Positions 32,718 through 47,131 of a stretch of 64,000 bases of DNA are shown here, piece by piece; the first letter of the stretch is position 1; each line of letters begins with the position of its first letter. The notes under the pieces were generated by a model, which saw only the letters and a program-made list of their open reading frames with translations, had not been told where the DNA came from and searched no databases. Location of the stretch: positions 416,001 to 480,000 of the forward strand of contig CP166615.1 in NCBI GenBank assembly GCA_041937175.2. The letters are read 5' to 3'. The translations under genes were made by a program, and so were the position numbers. Source of the DNA: Limnothrix sp. BL-A-16. Lineage in GTDB: Bacteria > Cyanobacteriota > Cyanobacteriia > CACIAM-69d.

Positions 32718-32752
32718 AAAAAACAAGCAAGCAACCGTTGTCGTTGCTTGCT
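32718..32752 (-). terminator. Rho-independent terminator after the 693-aa RTX gene
   Basis: AGCAAGCAAC / GTTGCTTGCT 10-bp stem followed by TGTTTTTT on the minus strand. Confidence 0.65.
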
Positions 32753-32818
32753 GCTCTGCTGCTGTTGCGATGTGGCAAGAGCTGGTATCTACGGGCTATG
32801 AAATAGCTTGTTGAATTG

Positions 32819-34900
32819 CTAGACCAAAGCCGGAGCGAGATCTGCTGCGGTCAGTTGGTTGGGTGTGAGGTTGGCGATTTTGGCGAGCAGCGTTGGGCCG
32901 TTGCTGAGGTTCAAGAAGCCATCACTTACCGTCAGGGTCAAAGAGTCGAAACCCACGCCCACAGGCAGAATGAGGCGATCGATCCCATCTTCAAAATCAA
33001 GAATCGTCTCCGTACCTTCACCAATTACAAAGCGATCGCTCCCTGCACCACCGATCAGAGTGTCATCGCCCCGATCGCCCGAGAGAACGTCATCCCCCGA
33101 ATTGCCAAACAGCACATCAGCGCCGCGCCCACCGAAAAGCAGATCGTTGCCAGTGCCGCCGCAGAGCGTATCCGCCTGTTGGTTGCCAAAAAGGGTGTCG
33201 TCGCCTTCTGCACCCGCCAGCCAATCGGTTTCTGCGCCACCCCATAGCCAGTCAGAGTCACCTAGCCCCAGAAGTTGGTTGCTTTCGGCATTGCCCCACA
33301 GGATATCTGCGCGATCGGAGCCGGTTTGGGTGCGATCGGGTATCAGTAAGGGCGGTTGGCACCCATTATCGCTGTCCCCGATCGGGAAAGCGCTGAAGCT
33401 GGGGAGAACCTGACCGATAACCGGGAAATCATAAACTGCCGGTTCGCCATTGGTGCGCAGCACAAAACGCCCGTCATAGGTTCCCGGTTGCTCCGTGAGA
33501 ACCAAAGTCACTTGAAGGGTGGCACTGGGCAGGACGACGGGCGGCAGGGTTTCCAGAATGGAAAAGCCCTTGGGTAATTGCAAATCCAAGAGCTTCAGGG
33601 GTTCTGATCCAATATTGGTGATGCTGATGATCTGTTGAGGCCAGGTTGCGCGGTTCGCATCCGTTGAGGGCTGGGTGAGTTGTACGGGGGCGGCGGTGTC
33701 GTCGAGGATGATTGGCCCGCCTCGATCGAGGGTCACAATCAGTCGAGGGGGCAGGGGCGGCGGTGGGGCGATCGGGCTGCTGGGGGGAATTTCTGGGCTG
33801 GGGGCGATCGGGGCCGGAGCGACAAAAGCTGGAGCAACAGGAGCCGGAGCCAAACCACCCACCGAACTCAGGGGACTGGGAGAGCTGATGGCCCCGTCGT
33901 TATCTTCGATCTCGATCGCTTGTACCAGGCTGCTGCCGAGGGTCAAGCCACTGGTAGTTGTTTTCAGGGTAATGGTGGCAGTTTCGGTTCCTTCCACCAT
34001 CGCGTCATCCATCACCGTGAAGGTGACTGAGCCGGTTGTGTTGCCGTTGGTGATGCTGATTTGGGGTTGGCTGAGCTGATAGTCTTCCGGGGTGATGTTC
34101 GTCCCGCTGACTTGGAGTTCAACGGTTTGGTCGCCGATAACGGCCTGGGAAGCGGTGGCCGTGACGGTGATGATGGTTCGATCGGTTTCGGTTCCGTTGT
34201 TGCGGCTGACCGAGAGATTGACGGTGGGGTTGGGTATGCCGGTGAGGGAGAAGTCATCGATCGCCAAACCATGATCATCGTCCGTGTCATTTCGCTCCAC
34301 CCAACGGAGCCAGAGGGTGTCATTGTGGGCCCAGCTCAATCCGGACAGCGTTCCTCCAACGCCCGCAACCCGCCCCGCAGCATTCCCGTCAACCATGCCA
34401 GCCGGCGTAGTTGCCACAGGCGAAGTCCAATTGAACCCACTGCCCGGCGCTGTCCAGGTTGGAACGGTTGTGAAACTGCTACCGAAGCCATATTCCAACA
34501 CCATGGTTTGCGCAGTGGCGTTTCCCCCATTCCGCCACTGTTCACCTGCAAAGGAAATTGTGAGGTGATTGATCGTCGTGCCAGTGGTGTTTTTAGCCGC
34601 AAATGCAATCCATCCGGCAATCTTTCCACTGTCAGGATTCTCGAAATAATCACCGCCGGAGCCGATACCGCCTAAGGCTCGATCGCTATTTTCAGTAATA
34701 CCAAAGCTATAAAAATTGCCTGTAGTGGTGTTGCCCTGGCTCGATCGATAAATGACTAAAGCCTGACCAGGAGCGGGCTGGCGAAATAAATACCAGCCGG
34801 ACAGCGTAGTGTTATTAGTCCAAGCTAGATCACTGTTAGAACCGCTCGAATTGAGAGCGTCGAAGTTCTGACTATAGGAACCGCTAAATGAAATAGCCAT
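32819..34900 (-). CDS. Secreted protein: beta-rich N-terminal domain + Calx-beta-like + Pro-rich linker + RTX repeats
   Basis: YSQNFD..SDRALG..GEQWR..LAIDDFSL domain; DDAMVEGTET; GGxGxD repeats; no Sec signal peptide. Confidence 0.88.
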   Translation of the reverse strand: MAISFSGSYSQNFDALNSSGSNSDLAWTNNTTLSGWYLFRQPAPGQALVIYRSSQGNTTTGNFYSFGITENSDRALGGIGSGGDYFENPDSGKIAGWIAFAAKNTTGTTINHLTISFAGEQWRNGGNATAQTMVLEYGFGSSFTTVPTWTAPGSGFNWTSPVATTPAGMVDGNAAGRVAGVGGTLSGLSWAHNDTLWLRWVERNDTDDDHGLAIDDFSLTGIPNPTVNLSVSRNNGTETDRTIITVTATASQAVIGDQTVELQVSGTNITPEDYQLSQPQISITNGNTTGSVTFTVMDDAMVEGTETATITLKTTTSGLTLGSSLVQAIEIEDNDGAISSPSPLSSVGGLAPAPVAPAFVAPAPIAPSPEIPPSSPIAPPPPLPPRLIVTLDRGGPIILDDTAAPVQLTQPSTDANRATWPQQIISITNIGSEPLKLLDLQLPKGFSILETLPPVVLPSATLQVTLVLTEQPGTYDGRFVLRTNGEPAVYDFPVIGQVLPSFSAFPIGDSDNGCQPPLLIPDRTQTGSDRADILWGNAESNQLLGLGDSDWLWGGAETDWLAGAEGDDTLFGNQQADTLCGGTGNDLLFGGRGADVLFGNSGDDVLSGDRGDDTLIGGAGSDRFVIGEGTETILDFEDGIDRLILPVGVGFDSLTLTVSDGFLNLSNGPTLLAKIANLTPNQLTAADLAPALV

Positions 34901-35080
34901 TGATGCACCCTGGCTTCAAATCTTTCTAATGACGGGTTGTTTAAGTTATGAAATCGGTATTAATTTTATCTTGAATAGGATGATAATTGGTATCACAAAG
35001 AACGGACTCTAGGCGAGCCATGATCATCAGTCCTATGAGTAGCCATTACCATAGCGACCATCAACAGCGCCAAAAACGCA

Positions 35081-35108
35081 AAAACAAGGAGCGGAGGCCC
35101 CTTGTTTT
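35081..35108. repeat. REP-like palindrome (AAAACAAGGAGCGGAGGCCCCTTGTTTT)
   Basis: Same family as 17214-17241 and the CAAGGGGCTTAAGYCCCTTG copies. Confidence 0.65.
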
Positions 35109-35300
35109 CAGCAGTCTTGAAAAACTGGCTTAAAAGGTATGTTTCATTGGGCTAATTTGAGCGTCAGCCACTCAACCAGGCTTGAAATTGAGAAGCCTAC
35201 ACCCGATCGCCCAGCCTTAGCGAGCGATCGAATGTAGGAGCATTCACAACCTCAAATTCAACAGAATCACCTGTCAGGAAAGACCCACAGAATCCGCGTT

Positions 35301-38024
<2,724 letters not shown>

Positions 38025-38391
38025 CTAATGGTCCTTTTCTAAGTCAGGTGAACGACCGTACCGGGTTCTGTGACATTGGACAGAACCTTTAGCCCTTAGC
38101 CTCAGGTTGGCTCGACGCTGGCAACCCTCAACGGCTGTCGGCGAACATGGAAGGGACGATCTCAACTCAATATGGTTGTGAATCCACCCATTAGACTAAA
38201 ACGATTCTGTGCGTGGGGCGGCCTTTGTTAAGAAGTATGTATGCTTCTCAGGCGGGCGATCGCAGGCATTGGAAGGGCAGGGGGTGCGATAGACTCGATC
38301 GCGGTGATGACCCTTGCGAGTCTTCGTTTCAGCCTCTTTTCAGCAATTCCTATATAAACAATCAACCCAATCAACCCCCTATTCAATTCCG

Positions 38392-39636
38392 ATGGAAGCA
38401 CAGCGCACCGCCCAAACCCTGGCCGCCGTTCAAAAGCTTTACGATACCTATCCGTTTCCGCCGGAACCTCTGTTGGATGAACCCCCGCCGGGCTATAACT
38501 GGCGCTGGAATTGGCAGGCGGCGCATCAATTTTGCACAGGCAGAAAGGCGGAACGGGCTGATATTCGGATTTTGGATGCGGGTTGCGGCACGGGTGTGGG
38601 CACTGAGTATTTAATGCACCTGAACCCGGAAGCCAAGATCACGGCGATCGACCTGAGTTCAGAGGCGTTGGGTGTGGCTCGGGAACGGTGTCGGCGGACG
38701 GGCGATCGGGTTCGCGGGGGCGATCGCGTGGAATTTCGCCACCTGAGTCTTTACGATGCCCAGGAAATTGCCGGCAAATTTGATTGGATCAACTGCGTTG
38801 GTGTGCTGCACCATCTACCTGATCCGATGCGAGGCATTCAATCCCTGGCCGCCAAGCTGGCTCCCGGCGGTCTCATGCATATCTTCGTGTATGGAGAGTT
38901 GGGCCGTTGGGAAATTCAACTGATGCAGCGAGCGATCCGCCTGCTCCGTGAAAGCCCCACGGGCCCGGCAGACTCCAATCCCTATCGCGATGGTGTTCAA
39001 ATTGGGCGATCGTTGTTTGCGGCCTTGCCCGAAACGAACCGACTGGTGCGACGAGAGCAGGAGCGCTGGTCGATGGAAAACCAGCGGGATGAGTGTTTTG
39101 CAGATATGTATGTCCATCCCCAGGAAGTGGACTACAACATCGACACCCTCTTTGAATTAGTTGAGGCCTCGGGCTTGGAATTCCTGGGTTTTTCCAACCC
39201 TGATTACTGGCAGCTCGATCGCCTCTTGGGCAGCAATCCGGAACTGATGGCGCGAGCCGAGGGCTTGAGCGATCGACAGCGCTATCGCCTGGTGGAATCG
39301 CTGGATCCCGAAGGGGCCACCCATTACGAATTTTGGTTAGGTTGCCCGCCGGTCAATCGCCTCACGTGGGAAGATCCCAACGCCCTGGCCGCGGCCCTAC
39401 CGACCCTGAATCCCTGCATGGATGGCTGGCCCAGCCGTTGTCTATTTAATCAGGACTATCGGATTGTCAGCTTGGACGATGCCACGTTCCAGTTTCTGAG
39501 TGCCGTGGCCGCCAACGAAACCACTGACCAACCCCAGTCGATCGCCCAACTCCTGATCCAGCAGCCGGGCTTCACCCTCGAAAACGTGCGATCGCTCCTT
39601 GATCAGCGCCTGTTATTGCTGACTCCCCAACGCTAA
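38392..39636 (+). CDS. Class I SAM-dependent methyltransferase upstream of the atp operon
   Basis: ILDAGCGTG, CVGVLHHL and FADMYVHPQE motifs. Confidence 0.88.
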   Translation: MEAQRTAQTLAAVQKLYDTYPFPPEPLLDEPPPGYNWRWNWQAAHQFCTGRKAERADIRILDAGCGTGVGTEYLMHLNPEAKITAIDLSSEALGVARERCRRTGDRVRGGDRVEFRHLSLYDAQEIAGKFDWINCVGVLHHLPDPMRGIQSLAAKLAPGGLMHIFVYGELGRWEIQLMQRAIRLLRESPTGPADSNPYRDGVQIGRSLFAALPETNRLVRREQERWSMENQRDECFADMYVHPQEVDYNIDTLFELVEASGLEFLGFSNPDYWQLDRLLGSNPELMARAEGLSDRQRYRLVESLDPEGATHYEFWLGCPPVNRLTWEDPNALAAALPTLNPCMDGWPSRCLFNQDYRIVSLDDATFQFLSAVAANETTDQPQSIAQLLIQQPGFTLENVRSLLDQRLLLLTPQR

Positions 39637-39799
39637 TTCAATCCCTAGCCAACCACCCGCCAAATCCGGGCACAGTCAAAATCGCTCCCCTCAGCAACCT
39701 CGCCCATTTCCCGTGAAAAACGCGCAACACCTGCGTGGTACAATCGCACCTGGCTTAGGGCCGCCGGGTCAGCATTCAACAGCCAGGAGTTTGCAACCG

Positions 39800-40237
39800 A
39801 TGGACTCTCCAACGGTCGAACCAATCACCGCCACGCCGGAAGTTTCTCCCGAAGCGATCGAGGGCCCTTCCGAAAACGGCGCAGCCATGGAGGAATACTA
39901 CAAACTCCAACGGGAGCTGTTAATCGGCTCTTTGGCTGTATCTCTGGTGATCTTTCTGTCTGTTTGGGCCACCTACAGTCTCAACACCGCCCTGAGCTAT
40001 TTGCTGGGAGCGCTGGTGGGCATTGTATACCTGCGAATGCTGGCCAAAGATGTCGCCACCCTGGGTAATGGCAAACAGCAATTGAGTAAAACTCGGCTAG
40101 CACTTTTTGTAGCCATTTTCCTCATTGGTGCTCGAGTTCAGCAACTTGAACTGTTGCCAATCATCCTTGGGTTTTTGACCTATAAGGCTGCTCTAATTTT
40201 CCACACGTTGCGCGCGATCGCAAAGCCCAACCCTTAG
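39800..40237 (+). CDS. atp1: ATP synthase protein I
   Basis: MEEYYKLQRELL, four TM segments, GFLTYKAA; first gene of the atp operon. Confidence 0.88.
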   Translation: MDSPTVEPITATPEVSPEAIEGPSENGAAMEEYYKLQRELLIGSLAVSLVIFLSVWATYSLNTALSYLLGALVGIVYLRMLAKDVATLGNGKQQLSKTRLALFVAIFLIGARVQQLELLPIILGFLTYKAALIFHTLRAIAKPNP

Positions 40238-40287
40238 GCTAATTGCGAGAGCAATCTCGTCAAATGCCTATGCAAAACAGCGTTGCT

Positions 40288-41037
40288 ATGTTCGATCTTT
40301 TTTCAAACATTCCGTTCTCTCCGCTAGCAGAACTGGAAGTTGGTCAACACTTCTATTGGCACATTGGCAACTTCAAGGTACATGGGCAAGTTTTTCTTGC
40401 TTCTTGGATTGTCCTGGGGCTACTGATCGTTACTTGCATCTTGGCAACTCGTAACATTCAGCGAGTACCGTCGGGATTGCAAAACTTCATGGAATATGCC
40501 TTGGAGTTTATCCGCGACCTTACCAAAACCCAAGTGGGCGAAAAAGAATATCGAGCATGGGTTCCCTTCGTTGGCACCTTGTTCCTATTCATTTTCGTGT
40601 CGAATTGGGGTGGTGCACTCATTCCTTGGAAACTCGTTGAGTTACCGTCTGGTGAATTGGCTGCTCCTACCAACGACATCAACACAACGGTTGCCCTGGC
40701 ACTGACCACATCGGTCGCCTATTTCTATGCAGGATTGAGCCGAAAAGGGTTGGGTTACTTCGCCGATTACGCGCAGCCGACCCCGATCATGGTTCCCTTC
40801 AAAATCATTGAAGACTTTACCAAGCCGCTGTCGTTAAGCTTCCGTTTGTTTGGTAATATCCTAGCGGATGAACTTGTGGTGGCTGTACTGGTCTTCCTGG
40901 TTCCCTTGTTCGTGCCCATTCCGCTGATGGTTTTGGGGCTGTTCACGAGTGCAATTCAAGCCCTGATTTTTGCAACTCTGGCGGCATCCTACATTGGTGA
41001 AGCAATGGAAGATCACCACGGCGAGCATCACGACTAA
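40288..41037 (+). CDS. atpB: F0 subunit a (cyanobacterial name atpI)
   Basis: [19 protein letters not shown] and [14 protein letters not shown] motifs; start uncertain (40264, 40270 or 40288). Confidence 0.96.
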   Translation: MFDLFSNIPFSPLAELEVGQHFYWHIGNFKVHGQVFLASWIVLGLLIVTCILATRNIQRVPSGLQNFMEYALEFIRDLTKTQVGEKEYRAWVPFVGTLFLFIFVSNWGGALIPWKLVELPSGELAAPTNDINTTVALALTTSVAYFYAGLSRKGLGYFADYAQPTPIMVPFKIIEDFTKPLSLSFRLFGNILADELVVAVLVFLVPLFVPIPLMVLGLFTSAIQALIFATLAASYIGEAMEDHHGEHHD

Positions 41038-41073
41038 CTGCCCTATTTTTGGGGTTATGAAACAGAGTCGTGA

Positions 41074-41394
<321 letters not shown>

Positions 41395-41522
41395 ATATTG
41401 GTTTTCGGCTTTTGCGAACGAGTTCTACCTGAGGCAGCGAAAGGCGCTTGCTTGATGCGAAAGCCTTTTGCTGCCCCAACTCGCGAAAAGGGGCTGTCAA
41501 CCATCTGCTGGGAGTAAGCGAA

Positions 41523-42002
41523 ATGCTATACGCACTCGTACCAACGCTGTTGGCAGCGGAGGCAGAAGGGGGTCTGTTTGACCTTGATGCCACCCTGCCC
41601 CTGATGGCAGCGCAGTTTCTAATTTTGGCTTTGATTTTGAATGCGGTTTTGTACAAGCCCCTGGGACAAGCCATTGACCAACGGGCCGACTACATCCGCA
41701 GCAAGCACCTGGACGCACAAGAGCGCCTGGAGAAGGTGAAGTCGCTGACGGCGGAATATGAACAGGCTTTGGCGGAGGCCCGCCGTAAGTCTCAGTCCAT
41801 CGTAGCGGATGCCCAAGCGGAGGCGCAAAAGTTGGCGGCTCAGACGGTGGCAGATGCACAGCGACAGGCCCAATCGGAGCGGGAAGCGGCTCAACAGGAA
41901 ATTGATGGTCAACGGCAGACGGCTTTAGCTGCTCTGGACGGTCAAGTGGCGGTGTTGAGCCGTCAGATTGTGCAGAAGTTGTTGGGTTTTGAGTTGGGAT
42001 GA
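41523..42002 (+). CDS. atpF2: F0 subunit b' (cyanobacterial name atpG)
   Basis: [14 protein letters not shown] followed by a coiled coil. Confidence 0.93.
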   Translation: MLYALVPTLLAAEAEGGLFDLDATLPLMAAQFLILALILNAVLYKPLGQAIDQRADYIRSKHLDAQERLEKVKSLTAEYEQALAEARRKSQSIVADAQAEAQKLAAQTVADAQRQAQSEREAAQQEIDGQRQTALAALDGQVAVLSRQIVQKLLGFELG

Positions 42003-42009
42003 GGTTGTG

Positions 42010-42552
42010 ATGACGAACATGTTTTTGGGTTCGATCGCCCCTCATTTGTTGGCCCATGGATCGTTCGGAATTAACACCGACATCCTGGAAACCAATGTGA
42101 TCAACCTGGCGATCGTGTTGGGGGTTTTGGTCTACTTTGGTCGCGGCTTCTTGGGTAACCTGCTGGGAACTCGGAAAGCGGCGATCGAAGAGGCAATCAC
42201 CGAAGCGGAAAAGGCTCAAGCGGAAGCCGTGAAAGCCTTGGAAGAGCAGCAGCGCAAGCTGGCCCAAGCCCAAGCGGAAGCAGAGCGCATTACTGCCGAA
42301 GCGAAGGTTGCGGCTGAGCGGACGAAGGAGGCCATTTTGGCCAAGTCTACTCAGGACGTGCAACGGATGCGTGAAGCCGCGTCCAATGACTTGGCGGCTG
42401 AGCAAGAGCGTGTGATTGCGCAATTGCGTCAACGGGCTGTGTCTGCAGCTTTGGAGCAGGTCAACGACCAACTGCGCTCGCGCTTGAATTCTGATCAACA
42501 GCGAGATTTGGTTGATCGGAGCTTGTCCCTGATTCAAGGGGGAGGAAACTAA
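42010..42552 (+). CDS. atpF: F0 subunit b
   Basis: [15 protein letters not shown] followed by a coiled coil. Confidence 0.94.
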   Translation: MTNMFLGSIAPHLLAHGSFGINTDILETNVINLAIVLGVLVYFGRGFLGNLLGTRKAAIEEAITEAEKAQAEAVKALEEQQRKLAQAQAEAERITAEAKVAAERTKEAILAKSTQDVQRMREAASNDLAAEQERVIAQLRQRAVSAALEQVNDQLRSRLNSDQQRDLVDRSLSLIQGGGN

Positions 42553-42554
42553 CG

Positions 42555-43109
42555 ATGCAAAGCAGTTCAATGATCGCCAGCATCGCCGAGCCTTACGCAC
42601 AAGCTTTGATGACCTTGGCTCAGAAGGAAAGCTTGGTGGCGCGTTTTGGCGAGGATGTGACCTACCTGCGAGGTTTACTAGCAACCTCTGAAGAGTTGGG
42701 TGCTCTGTTGTCTAATCCGTTTGTCAAGGCGGACGATAAAAAGTCTGTACTCGATCGCCTGGCGGGTGAAACGCTGCACCCGTTGATGGCGAACTTTTTG
42801 AAACTCTTGGTCGATCGCAAGCGGATTGCGCTGCTGGATGTGATCGCCCAGAAATATCAAGACCTGCTGCGCCAGTTTACGAACACGGCCTTGGCGGAAG
42901 TGACTTCTGCGGTGGAACTGACGGAAGAACAACGCCAAAGCGCCATTGAGCGGGTTAAACAGCTCACCGGGGCCGCCAGCGTGGAACTGGTGACGAAGGT
43001 TGATACCGATTTGATCGGCGGTGTGATTATCAAAGTCGGCTCGCAAGTGGTCGATGCCAGCCTGCGTGGTCAATTACGACGCATGGCGCTGACTTTGGGC
43101 GCAATCTAG
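42555..43109 (+). CDS. atpH: F1 subunit delta (cyanobacterial name atpD)
   Basis: AEPYAQAL, VTSAVEL and LIGGVIIKVGSQVVDASL motifs. Confidence 0.95.
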   Translation: MQSSSMIASIAEPYAQALMTLAQKESLVARFGEDVTYLRGLLATSEELGALLSNPFVKADDKKSVLDRLAGETLHPLMANFLKLLVDRKRIALLDVIAQKYQDLLRQFTNTALAEVTSAVELTEEQRQSAIERVKQLTGAASVELVTKVDTDLIGGVIIKVGSQVVDASLRGQLRRMALTLGAI

Positions 43110-43197
43110 CTCTGTTGGTGAGCAAATCCCGAGAGCCGCAACCAAGATAGGCACCCCAAACGCTGGAAACAACGTTGAAAACTAGGAGTCGCAGACC

Positions 43198-44715
43198 GTG
43201 ATTGCAATCAGACCGGACGAAATCAGCAGCATTATTCAGCAGCAGATCGAGCAGTACGACAAGGATGTCAAGGTGGCCGACGTGGGCACCGTGCTGCAAG
43301 TGGGTGACGGGATCGCTCGTATCTATGGCCTGCAAAATGCCATGGCTGGTGAGCTGCTGGAGTTCGAGGACGGTACTGTGGGTATCGCACTGAACCTCGA
43401 AGAGAACGATGTGGGTGCCGTGTTGATGGGTGACGGCCTCAACATCCAAGAAGGCAGTACTGTCCGTGCCACCGGCAAGATCGCGGCGATTCCGGTGGGT
43501 GACGCGGTTGTGGGCCGGGTTGTGGATGCGCTGGCTCGTCCGATCGATGGCAAGGGTGAAATTGCTTCGACGGAAACGCGCTTGATCGAATCCATGGCCC
43601 CTGGGATTATTGCCCGGAAGTCCGTGTGCGAACCGATGCAGACGGGGATTACGGCAATTGACTCGATGATTCCGATCGGGCGTGGCCAACGGGAGCTGAT
43701 CATTGGTGACCGGCAAACGGGTAAGACCTCGATCGCGATCGACACGATCATCAACCAAAAGTCCGAAGATGTGATTTGCATCTACGTGGCGATCGGGCAA
43801 AAGGCCTCCTCCGTGGCCCAGGTGATTGATGTGCTGAAGGAAGCGGGCGCACTCGACTACACCATCATTGTGGCCGCCAACGCCAACGCCCCCGCTACCC
43901 TGCAATACCTGGCTCCCTACACCGGTGCTGCCATTGCTGAGTACTTCATGTACAAGGGCAAGGCCACCCTGGTGGTTTACGATGACTTGTCTAAGCAAGC
44001 CCAGGCCTATCGCCAAATGTCCTTGCTGCTGCGTCGTCCGCCCGGTCGGGAAGCCTACCCCGGCGACGTGTTCTATCTCCACAGCCGCTTGCTGGAGCGC
44101 GCCGCCAAGCTGAGCGATGAACTGGGTGGTGGCAGCATGACGGCCCTGCCGATCATCGAAACCCAAGCCGGTGACGTGTCGGCCTACATTCCGACCAACG
44201 TGATTTCGATTACCGACGGTCAAATCTTCTTGTCCGCTGACCTGTTCAACTCGGGTCTGCGTCCGGCGGTGAACGCCGGTATCTCGGTATCCCGCGTGGG
44301 TTCAGCGGCCCAAACCAAGGCCATGAAGAAGGTGGCCGGTAAGGTAAAACTGGAACTGGCCCAATACGATGACTTGGCTGCTTTCGCCCAGTTCGCTTCC
44401 GATTTGGATAAGGCGACCCAAGACCAGTTGGCCCGTGGTCAGCGCTTGCGGGAACTGCTGAAGCAACCCCAATACTCCCCTCTGGGTGTGGAAGAGCAAG
44501 TGGCGGTCATTTACGCCGGGATTAACGGCTATTTGGATGAAATTCCGGTGAACCTGATCACTAAGTTTGTGTTGGGTCTGCGGGATTACCTGAAGAATAA
44601 CAAGGCTGCCTATGGTGAAGCTGTGCGCAGCACCAAGCAACTGACGGAAGAGGCGGAAACCCTGCTGAAGGAAGCGTTGACTGAGTACAAGCAAACCTTT
44701 TTGGTTGCTCAGTAA
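43198..44715 (+). CDS. atpA: F1 subunit alpha
   Basis: [15 protein letters not shown] Walker A and [24 protein letters not shown] start with AGGAG RBS. Confidence 0.98.
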   Translation: MIAIRPDEISSIIQQQIEQYDKDVKVADVGTVLQVGDGIARIYGLQNAMAGELLEFEDGTVGIALNLEENDVGAVLMGDGLNIQEGSTVRATGKIAAIPVGDAVVGRVVDALARPIDGKGEIASTETRLIESMAPGIIARKSVCEPMQTGITAIDSMIPIGRGQRELIIGDRQTGKTSIAIDTIINQKSEDVICIYVAIGQKASSVAQVIDVLKEAGALDYTIIVAANANAPATLQYLAPYTGAAIAEYFMYKGKATLVVYDDLSKQAQAYRQMSLLLRRPPGREAYPGDVFYLHSRLLERAAKLSDELGGGSMTALPIIETQAGDVSAYIPTNVISITDGQIFLSADLFNSGLRPAVNAGISVSRVGSAAQTKAMKKVAGKVKLELAQYDDLAAFAQFASDLDKATQDQLARGQRLRELLKQPQYSPLGVEEQVAVIYAGINGYLDEIPVNLITKFVLGLRDYLKNNKAAYGEAVRSTKQLTEEAETLLKEALTEYKQTFLVAQ

Positions 44716-44729
44716 TCATCGCGAATCAA

Positions 44730-44764
44730 GCGATCGCCTAGGGGCCTCTACCCCGGGCGATCGC
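44730..44764 (+). promoter_or_regulatory. Intergenic stem-loop between the alpha and gamma subunit genes, built from two HIP1 sites
   Basis: GCGATCGCCTAGGGG-CCTCTA-CCCCGGGCGATCGC. Confidence 0.5.
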
Positions 44765-44804
44765 GCCCCCTAGCGACTCAGGCGACTCAAAGGACTCCAC
44801 AGCT

Positions 44805-45755
44805 ATGGCAAACCTCAAGGCAATTCGCGACCGAATTCAGTCCGTTAAAAACACTAAAAAAATTACTGAAGCCATGCGCTTGGTTGCCGCCGCGAAGGTG
44901 CGCCGGGCCCAAGAGCAGGTGAACAACACCCGTCCCTTCGCCGATCGCCTAGCCCAAGTGCTCTACGGCTTGCAATCGCGTCTCAAATTTGAAGATGTAG
45001 ATCTGCCACTCCTGCGGCAACGAAGCATTAAAACCGTAGGTATTTTGGTGGTTTCGGGCGATCGGGGCCTGTGTGGTGGCTACAACGGTAATGTGATCCG
45101 TCGGGCCGAGCAGCGCAGCAAAGAACTGCTTGCTGAAGGGGTCAACGTCAAAATGATCGTGGTGGGTCGTAAGGCAAACCAATACTTCAGCCGTCGGGGT
45201 CATGACATCGCGGCTGTTTATGACGGTCTAGAGCAAATCCCTAGCGCGTCGGAAGCATCGCAAATTGCAGACGAGCTGCTGTCGCTATTCCTCTCGGAAA
45301 CGGTCGATCGCGTTGAACTGGTCTACACCAAATTTGTATCGCTGATTAGCTCCCGTCCCGTAGTCCAAACCCTGCTGCCGTTGGATCCGCAAGGCTTGGA
45401 AGCGTCGGATGATGAGATCTTCCGGCTGACAACCCGTGGCGGACAATTCCAAGTGGAGCGCGAGCGGGTCGATTTGCCCACCGCACCCTTGCCGCGCGAC
45501 ACCATCTTTGAGCAGGATCCGGTACAAATCCTGAACGCGCTCTTGCCGTTGTACCTGAACAATCAACTCCTGCGGGCCCTGCAAGAGTCCGCCGCCAGCG
45601 AGTTGGCTGCTCGGATGACTGCCATGAGCAACGCCAGCGAGAACGCCAAGACCTTGATTGGCACTTTGACCTTGACCTATAACAAGGCACGGCAGGCCGC
45701 TATTACCCAAGAAATCCTGGAAGTGTGCGGTGGTGCTGAGGCGCAGCGCTCCTAG
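44805..45755 (+). CDS. atpG: F1 subunit gamma (cyanobacterial name atpC)
   Basis: [22 protein letters not shown] and [15 protein letters not shown] motifs. Confidence 0.97.
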   Translation: MANLKAIRDRIQSVKNTKKITEAMRLVAAAKVRRAQEQVNNTRPFADRLAQVLYGLQSRLKFEDVDLPLLRQRSIKTVGILVVSGDRGLCGGYNGNVIRRAEQRSKELLAEGVNVKMIVVGRKANQYFSRRGHDIAAVYDGLEQIPSASEASQIADELLSLFLSETVDRVELVYTKFVSLISSRPVVQTLLPLDPQGLEASDDEIFRLTTRGGQFQVERERVDLPTAPLPRDTIFEQDPVQILNALLPLYLNNQLLRALQESAASELAARMTAMSNASENAKTLIGTLTLTYNKARQAAITQEILEVCGGAEAQRS

Positions 45756-45784
45756 GGATTGGCTAGGGATTTGAGAGAAGAACC

Positions 45785-46108
45785 ATGAGCACGACCTATC
45801 AGGTTGAAATTCAGCACGAAGGGCAAACCCACGTCCTGCAAGTGGCGGATGATACGCCCATTTTGACGGCGGCGGCCGCGGCGGGGCTGACGCTTCCCAG
45901 CTCTTGCAATGCGGGGGTTTGCACGACCTGTGCTGCCCGCGTAGTGGAAGGGACGATCGAGCCAGGCGACAGCATGGGCTTGAGTCCGGATTTGCGCACG
46001 AAGGGGTTTGCGCTCCTTTGTACCGCTAAGCCCCGTTCTAACCTCAAAATCCAAACTGGTTGTGAGGATGAGGTTTACGAACTGCAATTTGGTCAATTCC
46101 AAAAATAA
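45785..46108 (+). CDS. 2Fe-2S plant-type ferredoxin
   Basis: PSSCNAGVCTTC...LLC motif. Confidence 0.92.
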   Translation: MSTTYQVEIQHEGQTHVLQVADDTPILTAAAAAGLTLPSSCNAGVCTTCAARVVEGTIEPGDSMGLSPDLRTKGFALLCTAKPRSNLKIQTGCEDEVYELQFGQFQK

Positions 46109-46559
46109 ATTTGGACTGGGGGCAACCCGGCCGTTGGGCGATCGCTGGATCGCTCGATCCAAACCGAAATCTGCAAAACATCAGGCGCAAAATCTTGACC
46201 CTAGATTTTGACTTGCCTGGTGTTTTGTCTTTTGGGCAATTGAGCGATCGAGACAAAAATCACAGACTTGGAACGGCCCTCAAAGATTAGCTGTCTGAGG
46301 AAGGATGTTAAAAACTGTTAATCCAAGCGAGGGTCAACGGGCTTCATGCCTGAGAATAAGTGTTGATTTGCCGGGGAGGACACCGAGTTGCGGTCTCAGG
46401 ACTGTCGCTGGTGGATTTCGAGCCAAGAGTTAAACGGCCTGGCTTAGAAAATTTCTCGTTGCTCCCGCTGCCTGAGCAATCGCAGCGATGCTAGTCGTTT
46501 CCTCGGTGGAAGCCCCAATCTCCAGTCAAAACTTTTTTCCTTTCGGAGGAGTTTATTCA

Positions 46560-47045
46560 ATGAGTATCGTCACGAAGTCAATCGTGAATGCCGACGCTGA
46601 GGCCCGCTATCTCAGCCCCGGCGAACTGGATCGCATCAAGGCTTTCGTGTCCACCGGCGCTCAACGCCTGCGCATTGCCCAAATCCTGACCGATGCTCGT
46701 GAGCGCATCGTTAAGCAAGCCGGCGAACAACTGTTCCAAAAGCGCCCCGATGTGGTCTCGCCCGGTGGTAACGCTTACGGCGAAGAAATGACCGCAACCT
46801 GCCTGCGCGACCTGGACTACTACCTGCGTCTGGTGACCTACGGCATCGTGGCTGGCGACGTGACCCCGATCGAAGAAATCGGTTTGGTGGGTGTGCGCGA
46901 AATGTACCGCTCGCTGGGTACCCCGATCGACGGCGTGGCTGAAGGTGTGCGCGGCATGAAGGCTGCTGCTGCTGGTCTGCTGAGCGGCGAAGATGCAGCT
47001 GAAGCTTCGGCTTACTTCGATTACGTGATTGGCGGCTTGAGCTAA
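46560..47045 (+). CDS. apcA: Allophycocyanin alpha subunit
   Basis: [34 protein letters not shown]. Confidence 0.98.
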   Translation: MSIVTKSIVNADAEARYLSPGELDRIKAFVSTGAQRLRIAQILTDARERIVKQAGEQLFQKRPDVVSPGGNAYGEEMTATCLRDLDYYLRLVTYGIVAGDVTPIEEIGLVGVREMYRSLGTPIDGVAEGVRGMKAAAAGLLSGEDAAEASAYFDYVIGGLS

Positions 47046-47131
47046 GACCTGGGTTCTCCCTCGCTAGCTTGACTTGCTTCGGCTTTAATGAAAGCCATTT
47101 CCTTGCAAAACCGACTTATTCAAAAACGATC

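Noticed and set aside
41497..44223. Antisense ORFs of 395 and 397 aa over the atp genes
   Set aside because: They overlap conserved ATP synthase genes on the opposite strand and lack protein-like features
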